Shown piece after piece: positions 8,206 through 15,098 of a DNA stretch of 20,000 nucleotides. This DNA comes from an uncultured virus (IMG/VR IMGVR_UViG_3300023105_000021) (lineage: Duplodnaviria > Heunggongvirae > Uroviricota > Caudoviricetes), in the IMG/VR virus record IMGVR_UViG_3300023105_000021. One strand, 5' to 3'. Positions within the stretch are counted from its first letter, which is position 1; each line of letters begins with the position of its first letter. The notes under the pieces are model-generated. The model was not told where the DNA came from and searched no databases. It saw only the letters and a list, made by a program, of their open reading frames with translations. The position numbers were made by a program, and so were the translations under genes.

Positions 8206-8233
8206 AAAAAAATAGGCCCCGTAGGGCCTATTT
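8206..8233. terminator. Terminator between convergent gp23 and pqqA, probably bidirectional
   Basis: Perfect 10-bp stem AAATAGGCCC/GGGCCTATTT. On the minus strand it has a cUACGg tetraloop and a 7-T run. On the plus strand it ends in TTT followed by CTAGTTTTT. Confidence 0.85.
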
Positions 8234-8254
8234 CTAGTTTTTTACAACTATAAC

Positions 8255-9430
8255 TTAGCTAAATGTTACGCCTGCGGCGATATCAACTTTACCTAAGTAG
8301 TCAGCTGCGTTACCTAGTGATGACGCAGTGTTTGTAAGCTCAACATAACCATAACGTGTCATAAATGATACTGTTGGTTCGAATGTTGATGGATCTAGTA
8401 CAACACCTGAGCTCATTAGTGGGATATATGGGCAGTAGAACGCTGCTGCGTCTGACTCGCTTGATCCTTTATAACCAATAAGAACTGGTGCAGTATCTGA
8501 TGCATATGTGTTAACATATACTTTCATTGCGTTGTTCAATGTACCAACCATTTTTGTGTTAGTTGGTGCTTCGAATGTACCTTCTGTTGTACGAGCGAAC
8601 GCTGAAGTAGTTGCTGACTGTAGGATTGTTAGCGCGAATGGGCTAACAACTGCCCAGTTACCAGCACCACGTCTTGTACGCTGTGCAATCAAGTTTGATA
8701 CTCTGTTGATTTGAACTGCTAGTGCAGCATGTTCGTCACCAACAAAAGTAGCTGTACCTGAAACGGCTGTTTGATCATAAGTTTCAGTAGCAGCGCCTGC
8801 TAGTGAACTTAGTGAGCCTAGTACTTCTTGGTCGATTTCAGCAGTAATCTCTTGAGCAAGTGCTGCCATGATTTCTGCTTCAACGTCAATACCGTGCTGT
8901 GATTGAGCATCTTGTGCCGCTTCGAATGTCCAGCGAGCTGATAGCTTTCTGGTTTTCGCTTCGACAGTTTGTTTCAAGATTTGGATTGACATTCTGTTAC
9001 CAGCCTGTCCTTCAAGTGCTGCTGTTGCCGCTGCGCGGTCAGTTGCTGCATCACCTGAATATCCTTCTGCAATCTTGAACGGTGATAGTGCTTCTTCACC
9101 AGCAGTAGCTGAAGTGCCACCTGTGCTAGTAAAGTCGTCGCTATAACGTACTCTTAGTGTGTGGATTTGACCCACTGGACCTGTCATTGGCTGAACACCA
9201 ACCAACTCGTTTGCAATAACGGTTGGCATAACACGTCTGATAACTGGTAGGATAACTCTGTTTAGAGTTGCTACATTACCGGCAGAAGTTGCACCAGCTG
9301 TTGCTGATTCTGAAAGATACTTACGAGTATTTTCTAGAGTCGCTTCCATAACAGCTTTCTTGTTGCCTTTTAGGCCTTCAACAAGTGCAGTCTTAGTGTC
9401 CTGCCAGCGACTTTCTAATAGTTCTGACAT
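8255..9430 (-). CDS. gp23: Major capsid protein, T4 gp23-like, 391 aa
   Basis: Hallmark motifs VIRRVMPTVIANELVGVQPMTGPVGQI, VEAKTRKLSARWTFEAAQD, EITAEIDQE, GYKGSSESDAAAFYCPYIPL, DPSTFEPTVSFMTRYG. AGGAG RBS, downstream of protease and scaffold. Confidence 0.97.
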   Translation of the reverse strand: MSELLESRWQDTKTALVEGLKGNKKAVMEATLENTRKYLSESATAGATSAGNVATLNRVILPVIRRVMPTVIANELVGVQPMTGPVGQIHTLRVRYSDDFTSTGGTSATAGEEALSPFKIAEGYSGDAATDRAAATAALEGQAGNRMSIQILKQTVEAKTRKLSARWTFEAAQDAQSQHGIDVEAEIMAALAQEITAEIDQEVLGSLSSLAGAATETYDQTAVSGTATFVGDEHAALAVQINRVSNLIAQRTRRGAGNWAVVSPFALTILQSATTSAFARTTEGTFEAPTNTKMVGTLNNAMKVYVNTYASDTAPVLIGYKGSSESDAAAFYCPYIPLMSSGVVLDPSTFEPTVSFMTRYGYVELTNTASSLGNAADYLGKVDIAAGVTFS

Positions 9431-9446
9431 TTTGATTTCTCCTATA

Positions 9447-10547
9447 TTATAATCCAGCTAGACGCTTAATGTCAATGACATTACCGTCTGCGCCTGCTTG
9501 TGAACTAACGTTAGTTTGCGAATATTCGCGGTTGCCTGTAACTTCTTTGCCTTCTGCTAAAACTGCCTTCTTCTTAGCCGGAGTATTACCGTCGATTACC
9601 GCCGGTAGGTATTTGTCAAACGCAGACTGAAGTCTGTCTGTTTGTACTGATTCCAGTAAGTCTGTCATAATTTCACGTTGAGCTTTGCCTAATGGCGCAA
9701 CTAAATCGTTCAATTTCTTTTCTCTCTTTGCAGATTCAATTAATACAGCTTTTTCTTTTACTGCTGACTCTGCAAGCACTTTTGCTTTGACAGCTAACGC
9801 TTTATTTTCATTGATCTGTTTATCTTTAGTTTCAATAACTTTCAATAATTTTGCAGTCTCTGATTTTTCGTTTAAGTAGCTGTTTGCATATTCTGAAGCA
9901 AAAGCTTCGAATACTTTACGACCGAAGTCGTTTTTACGTGCTGCTTCAATGTCATCTTTAAGTTGACTAATTTCTTTATTAAGATTTTTACCAACTGTTT
10001 CTGACACCAAGTTTGCACTTTTAGCAACAAATTCTTTTTGAACTGCTGCAAATTTTTCTTTGGCTTCGCGTACAAGACGTACTTTAGTTTCAGCCAAGTC
10101 TTTTTTATCTTCGTAAAACTCTGCAATTTCTTTTGCAAGTGCTTCTACCACAAATTCTTCAAGTTGTGTGAACTTTTGTGCTACTGCTTTTTGATCTTCG
10201 TGAAGTTCGCTAACTTCTTTCTTTAGCGATTCTAATACAAAGTTTTTAAGTAGAGTTGCATTTTCACGTTGTGCAACAGCATATTTTGCTTTTGCTTCAG
10301 CTAGACCTTTACGATCTTCTGCAAACTCTGCAAGCTCTGAACTAAGACGCTCTTCTAATAGCTTGTCAATTGACTCTACCATAGTTTGTTTGTCATGTTC
10401 ATATTTCTTTGCAAATTCTTCACGAAGTTCAGCTGTAGCTGCACGACGGTTTTCTTTAACCTTCGCGTTCCACGCTTCTTCGATTTCGTGACGCACTTCT
10501 TCTGAAACTACATCGTTTTCGAAAAGTGTTTTTAGTGCATCCAACAT
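9447..10547 (-). CDS. gp22: Prohead core scaffolding protein, T4 gp22-like, 366 aa
   Basis: E/K/A/L-rich coiled-coil protein between protease and MCP, with many LxE potential cleavage sites and an AAGGAG RBS. Confidence 0.8.
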   Translation of the reverse strand: MLDALKTLFENDVVSEEVRHEIEEAWNAKVKENRRAATAELREEFAKKYEHDKQTMVESIDKLLEERLSSELAEFAEDRKGLAEAKAKYAVAQRENATLLKNFVLESLKKEVSELHEDQKAVAQKFTQLEEFVVEALAKEIAEFYEDKKDLAETKVRLVREAKEKFAAVQKEFVAKSANLVSETVGKNLNKEISQLKDDIEAARKNDFGRKVFEAFASEYANSYLNEKSETAKLLKVIETKDKQINENKALAVKAKVLAESAVKEKAVLIESAKREKKLNDLVAPLGKAQREIMTDLLESVQTDRLQSAFDKYLPAVIDGNTPAKKKAVLAEGKEVTGNREYSQTNVSSQAGADGNVIDIKRLAGL

Positions 10548-10562
10548 AATTAGTTTCTCCTT

Positions 10563-11195
10563 TTATTGGAGTCGGTTGATTATATTAACCAACGATTCTT
10601 TTAAATATTTTTGTGCCTTATCGTCATGTTTTGTTGCCTGAGCTAATTCGTATGCCTTATACCCTCCACGGGCATTCATTAGATGCTCATAGATTGGTGT
10701 TGGGTATGCACCAGGGGCGCTTGGCTGTGCTACTGCGTCCACGGTGATTATTTCAAAATCAGAAACTTGGTTTTGACCGTCTTCTGATACATTACCTGAT
10801 CCTCTTGATGAAACACCTAGTTTCACACCAGCTTCAAGCATAGTGCGAACTAGGTTTCCCATCGGTGTTGGTAAAATTTTAAGTTTACCGTAACCGTTTG
10901 GTCCATCCATCCACATTTCTGTGATCATATGGCTTACACGGTCTAGGTTGATGTTAAGGCCTTCTGGATGATCGACTTCACCGAGAACACTATATCCTCC
11001 TGCTATTTGATCATTGAGAGTTTTGACAGCCCTACCAATTTCATTTACAGGATATACACGTTGGTTTGCATTACGCACACCGCCTTGTATGCAGATGCCT
11101 TTCATATAAAGGTCTTTTCCGCCTGTAGCGTTATCAGTAGACTCAACAACCATTCCTGCCTGGTCGAATGTCAAATGCTCTCGTAAGTTTTTCAT
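10563..11195 (-). CDS. gp21: Prohead core protease, T4 gp21-like, 210 aa
   Basis: Motifs GICIQGGVRNANQRVYP, LGEVDHP (catalytic His), LDRVSH, GVSSRGSG (catalytic Ser), DAVAQPSAPGA. Confidence 0.95.
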   Translation of the reverse strand: MKNLREHLTFDQAGMVVESTDNATGGKDLYMKGICIQGGVRNANQRVYPVNEIGRAVKTLNDQIAGGYSVLGEVDHPEGLNINLDRVSHMITEMWMDGPNGYGKLKILPTPMGNLVRTMLEAGVKLGVSSRGSGNVSEDGQNQVSDFEIITVDAVAQPSAPGAYPTPIYEHLMNARGGYKAYELAQATKHDDKAQKYLKESLVNIINRLQ

Positions 11196-11219
11196 TCAAA
11201 CTTCCTTATATTATACTGC

Positions 11220-12230
11220 TTATTTTGCTCTTGTGCTTACGCCGTTAAGTGTGCTTTGAGCTGATTTGTCAGCAGTCTCAGGCTTTCCTTTTTTCTCTGC
11301 GCCATGACCTGGTTGTGTTTTACCAGCTTTTGCAGCTTTTCCGCCTGGAACATTGACGTTACCAGCATTATCTTCTTTTGCAGTTTGCTGATTTAGTGCA
11401 TTACCTTTTACACTTGAACCTGCGCCTGCTTCTGCTACATCGCCTGTGTCGCTTTGTGCAATATTGCCTGCTGTTCCGCCCATGTCGTTTTTACCAGCAA
11501 CTGCTGACTTAGTACCGTTAGTACCTGTGTCACCCATTGTTGCGGTTACCTTTTCAACATACTCACGCATTGTTTCACCTGCGCTTTTGTCTTCGTCTTT
11601 CTTTTCTTCGACTTCTTCGTCTGATGCTTCGTCGACTTCTTCGTCTGCTGCTTCGTCTACTTCTTCATCATCTGATTCAAAAGCAAATGACTCTTCTTCA
11701 GCTTCGTCATCGTCGCCCATGTCCATGTCCATGTCCATTTCTGGCTCTTCGTCGCCTGGCTCTTCGCCGTCCATCATTGCATCAAATTCTGCTTTTAGAT
11801 CTTCTAGTGCATCTTCTAGATCCATTACACGATCTTCTAAATCTTCGTCGCCTTCGCCTTCGCCTTCGTCGCCTTCGTCGTCAGCTGGCATTTCAAGATC
11901 ACCCATCATGTCATCGCCTGCGTCTCCGCCCATGTCCATTGGGTCAGCTTCAACTTCAAATTCATCAAGGTCGAAGTTTTCATCTAAATCTTCTTCGTCT
12001 GACTCATCTACTTCTTCATCAGTAGCTTCATCTACTTCTTCGTCTGACTCATCTACTTCTTCATCAGTAGCTTCATCTACTTCTTCGTCTTCTAGCTCTG
12101 CTTCAAGTAGGTTTTCATATATTTCACGTGATTTTTCTACCACGATTTCGTGGAAAAGCTCTTCCGCACCTGCTTTGTCTTCATTGACTAGGCGCTCAAG
12201 CATTTCTTCAAATTTCTTGTGATCTGCCAT
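11220..12230 (-). CDS. Highly acidic prohead core/internal scaffold-like protein, 336 aa
   Basis: D/E-rich low-complexity protein directly upstream of gp21, the position of T4 gp67/gp68. AGGAG RBS and its own late promoter. Confidence 0.75.
   Translation of the reverse strand: MADHKKFEEMLERLVNEDKAGAEELFHEIVVEKSREIYENLLEAELEDEEVDEATDEEVDESDEEVDEATDEEVDESDEEDLDENFDLDEFEVEADPMDMGGDAGDDMMGDLEMPADDEGDEGEGEGDEDLEDRVMDLEDALEDLKAEFDAMMDGEEPGDEEPEMDMDMDMGDDDEAEEESFAFESDDEEVDEAADEEVDEASDEEVEEKKDEDKSAGETMREYVEKVTATMGDTGTNGTKSAVAGKNDMGGTAGNIAQSDTGDVAEAGAGSSVKGNALNQQTAKEDNAGNVNVPGGKAAKAGKTQPGHGAEKKGKPETADKSAQSTLNGVSTRAK
11991..12090. repeat. Exact 45-bp tandem repeat (2.2 copies) encoding EEVDEATDEEVDESD
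   Basis: Unit ttcttcgtctgactcatctacttcttcatcagtagcttcatctac at 11991-12035 and 12036-12080, plus a 10-bp partial copy. Related degenerate units occur at about 11600-11675. Confidence 0.9.
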
Positions 12231-12274
12231 TTTTTTCTCCTATAAAGTTTTACCTATGGTAAGGCTGTCATTAT

Positions 12275-12282
12275 TATTTAAC
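12275..12282 (-). promoter_or_regulatory. T4-type late promoter (GTTAAATA) for the core-protease-scaffold-capsid operon
   Basis: TAAATA core 45 nt upstream of the ATG. The leader contains a small TTACC-ATA-GGTAA hairpin before the RBS. Confidence 0.6.
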
Positions 12283-12309
12283 AAGAAAGAGAAAATATGC
12301 GTAGAAATA

Positions 12310-12324
12310 GGCTCAAAACGAGCC
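12310..12324 (-). terminator. Possible weak terminator hairpin after the transferase gene
   Basis: GGCTC-GTTTT-GAGCC followed by TATTTCT on the minus strand. The stem is short. Confidence 0.4.
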
Positions 12325-12338
12325 ATTTTATTAAAATG

Positions 12339-13058
12339 TTAGGAAATGTTGAACATTTTTTTGAAATCTTCAACAATAATTGTTTTAAAATTACTAATAT
12401 TATTTAGTTCTGGTGGTTGAAAGTTTTCTTGTGTTATAACTCTAAAATAGTTAATATGAGGAAATTCTTTTATTACTTTTGTAGTTTGTTTAAGCCAGTT
12501 TCCATAATATGTTGCTGTGTCTGTTGTTTTTTTGTAGTTAGGTGTCCCTGCATACATATTATTAATTAGTTTACCGTTGTCTAATCCTTTATAGTCAAAG
12601 CCTAAAATAAAAATATTCTTATGTGCATGTTGACTTGCTAACAACAATGCCGTTGGACCGCTACTCCAACCTCTGCTAGGTTTAAAAAAATTTAAACCTT
12701 TTATATTTTTGTAGGCTCTATTAGGATTAGTCCAAACATTAGGATTTTGCTCTATGTATTTTTTATTTTCAAGTTCTAAAATCATTTTTACATCAACAGC
12801 AATTAGATAGTCAGGATCAAACTGTCTATATAAGGCATTGCATCCGTATACTTTTCCGTACTGTTGAATTTGTTTTGGATCTATGTATTTTCGAGAAGTT
12901 CCGTTGCCTAAAACAAAAGCATAACTTTTTCCAGTATGTTCGTTAGGATAAATTTTTGGTTTAGGTTTTAACTGAGCTAGAGCTTTCTGCGTTCTACGCT
13001 CGGATAATATTTTTTGTATTTCTTTTTTAGTGTACTTAGACTTGTCTAACTTTGGCAT
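12339..13058 (-). CDS. MptE-like/DUF115 (Maf, sialyltransferase-like Rossmann fold) putative transferase, 239 aa
   Basis: Motifs AFVLGNGTSR, VYGCNALY, PDYLIAVD, GWSSGPTALLLA, IFILGFD, characteristic of this superfamily. Basic N-terminal extension. Confidence 0.65.
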   Translation of the reverse strand: MPKLDKSKYTKKEIQKILSERRTQKALAQLKPKPKIYPNEHTGKSYAFVLGNGTSRKYIDPKQIQQYGKVYGCNALYRQFDPDYLIAVDVKMILELENKKYIEQNPNVWTNPNRAYKNIKGLNFFKPSRGWSSGPTALLLASQHAHKNIFILGFDYKGLDNGKLINNMYAGTPNYKKTTDTATYYGNWLKQTTKVIKEFPHINYFRVITQENFQPPELNNISNFKTIIVEDFKKMFNIS

Positions 13059-13069
13059 TGTACACCATA

Positions 13070-13321
13070 TTAAATTCCGCCTGCTGCTGCTTGTTGTGCA
13101 GCAAGTCCGTACATTTGTCTAACAAACTCTAGTTCTTTAGACTGTTCTAAGGTGTGTACATCAGATGCTTTTCTAGCTCTGTTAATTTGTCTTAATGTAA
13201 GTCTTGTTTTTCTTGTATCAGAACTTTTTACAATAGAGTCGTCATACTGAGGCTCATAAGCCATATCTTCTGTTGGCTCAAGTGTTTCTTTGTCGTAATA
13301 AAAAAGTTCTCTTAGTATCAT
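13070..13321 (-). CDS. Hypothetical head-module protein, 83 aa
   Basis: ORF track. Directly after portal, motif DTRKTRLTLRQINRARK...VRQMYG, preceded by a late promoter motif. Confidence 0.75.
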   Translation of the reverse strand: MILRELFYYDKETLEPTEDMAYEPQYDDSIVKSSDTRKTRLTLRQINRARKASDVHTLEQSKELEFVRQMYGLAAQQAAAGGI

Positions 13322-13326
13322 GTTAT

Positions 13327-13334
13327 TATTTATG
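13327..13334 (-). promoter_or_regulatory. T4-type late promoter (CATAAATA), likely giving a leaderless mRNA
   Basis: Only 5 nt (ATAAC) separate the motif from the ATG at 13321. No Shine-Dalgarno sequence. Confidence 0.6.
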
Positions 13335-13336
13335 CT

Positions 13337-15097
13337 TTATATTGTCTGATCATTTGCCGGCGCTGCTGCTGCGCCACCTATATCTTGTCCTGTTGCTGTT
13401 TCTGGTGGTGCTCCTTCTCCACCGTCTTCAGGTGCTGGTCCTCCAGCTGCAACATCTTCTGCACCGTCTAAATCGGAACTAATGCCTGCGCTGCTAATGC
13501 CTGCTGTTCTCATTTCACCTGCGCCATCTGTATCAGGTGTTCCTAGATTTTCGTCATTTTCTTCACGCCATAGTCTTTCATTCTCTGCAATCTCTTCAGC
13601 ACTCATTCCTAAGAAGCGTTTCATTGCAAATCTGTTTGAAACATAAGGAATTGCACTCATTTGTGTAAACGTTGGAACTCTTGCATTGTCTAGTTCTGAC
13701 TGTCTATATGCTGCAAAGTTTTGCGGTGCTTGGAACTCAAGATCAAACATGTTAGTGTCAATGTTTACACCTTGTTCTAACAAATAACGCTTAAAGTCTT
13801 GATTAAATTCTTCTGTAATTAAGCCTTGCAGACGTTCACAGTAGTTATTGAAGCGAAGTTCTTGAATGTATGCAGTGCCAACTCGTCCATCTTGAAATGA
13901 AGTGGCACCATCGTCAGCTCCAGTAGGTAAGTACGAAGATGGGATACGTAAGCCGCGTACCAACTTATTAGTAAAGTATCTAAGGTCATCAATTTCTCCT
14001 AGGTTAGTGCCACCTGGAAGCGTTTCAACTTTAGAGCCTCTACCTTCTGCGGTCTGTGGGAAGAAGTAGTCTTCGTTGATTGATAGAGGATTGTATGATG
14101 AGTCTATGACATTCTGACCGCCCCCTGTTGACGATGGGATCCTTCTCTGATGGATTTCCGTCTTAACACGTTCCACAAACTGCATTGCCAAGTGACTTGG
14201 CATGTTACCCACATCAACGTAGAATACTCTGCGCTCCGGCGCACGTTGGACACGATAGATGATGATCGCATCCTCAAGCAGTTCTTTCTGCTTGTAAACT
14301 TTAAAAATGCTTTCAAGCAAACTGTTACCAAATGGATAGTTTTGATCAAGTCCTTCACTTAAACTTAAATGAACAACATGTTCTGCATTAATAGCAACTT
14401 CTCCGTCTTCGACATTAAATCTAGAACCTTGAAGTCCTTGCTGAGGTTGTCCAACCATTCCTCTACCACTTCCAGTAAAGTACCCGGTATTAGGATTGCC
14501 GCCGCCTGTTATGTTGCCTGTAGTTTGAAAAGGTGTTGTTGCTACTAATTCTTTAAAGTTTAAATTAAAATCTTTAATTATATATTGTTCAGGAGTTTTT
14601 CCTTCTGACTCGTTAACAATAATTCTTGTAAGTTTAGCAGGATCAACATGATACCATTTTTTAGTTTCTGGGTCTCTTACAAATATTGCATCTCCGTATT
14701 TAAATACATTACGGAAGATACGAAACATACGTGTTTCAAATTTTTGAACTTTGCACCATTGTTTTAAGTATTGCCCTAGAATTGTAATTTCTGAATTAGT
14801 TGCATTTTTAAAAAAATTAAATTTAAAATTAGTTCCGTTTTCGTCATTGATTTGTGTACAAAACTCTGCAAGAATATCTAATGCAGCGTTTACTTCACTG
14901 TCATTGTCCATGGTGTTGTATTGACCATAACGCTCAACACGATTAGGTGATCCAACATATACATCAGGAAGATATGATGAATAATTGGAACGTGCAGGGC
15001 CTGGGCGGGCACCAGATGCTGTTCCGCTTAAAGGACTGTAAGTTCCGTTAATTGAGTTATCTGAACTCACAGGTGTAAAATATTTTTTCCAACTCAA
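13337..15097 (-). CDS. gp20: Portal vertex protein, T4 gp20-like, 586 aa
   Basis: Motifs LLEDAIIIYRVQRAPERRVFYVDVGNMP, EDYFFPQTAEGRGSKVETLPGGTNLGEIDDLRYF, LRIPSSYL. TTG start with GAGGAG RBS inside the upstream gene end. Confidence 0.96.
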   Translation of the reverse strand: MSWKKYFTPVSSDNSINGTYSPLSGTASGARPGPARSNYSSYLPDVYVGSPNRVERYGQYNTMDNDSEVNAALDILAEFCTQINDENGTNFKFNFFKNATNSEITILGQYLKQWCKVQKFETRMFRIFRNVFKYGDAIFVRDPETKKWYHVDPAKLTRIIVNESEGKTPEQYIIKDFNLNFKELVATTPFQTTGNITGGGNPNTGYFTGSGRGMVGQPQQGLQGSRFNVEDGEVAINAEHVVHLSLSEGLDQNYPFGNSLLESIFKVYKQKELLEDAIIIYRVQRAPERRVFYVDVGNMPSHLAMQFVERVKTEIHQRRIPSSTGGGQNVIDSSYNPLSINEDYFFPQTAEGRGSKVETLPGGTNLGEIDDLRYFTNKLVRGLRIPSSYLPTGADDGATSFQDGRVGTAYIQELRFNNYCERLQGLITEEFNQDFKRYLLEQGVNIDTNMFDLEFQAPQNFAAYRQSELDNARVPTFTQMSAIPYVSNRFAMKRFLGMSAEEIAENERLWREENDENLGTPDTDGAGEMRTAGISSAGISSDLDGAEDVAAGGPAPEDGGEGAPPETATGQDIGGAAAAPANDQTI

Positions 15098-15098
15098 T

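Noticed and set aside
11991..12090. Direct repeats as a possible CRISPR array
   Set aside because: Contiguous in-frame coding repeats without unique spacers.
11446..12222. 258-aa Ser-rich and 162-aa Arg/Leu-rich plus-strand ORFs
   Set aside because: Antisense artefacts of the GAA/GAC-rich acidic gene.
8255..15097. Inteins, introns or homing endonucleases in capsid, protease or portal genes
   Set aside because: Lengths are normal or short and no intein, LAGLIDADG, HNH or GIY-YIG motifs are visible.
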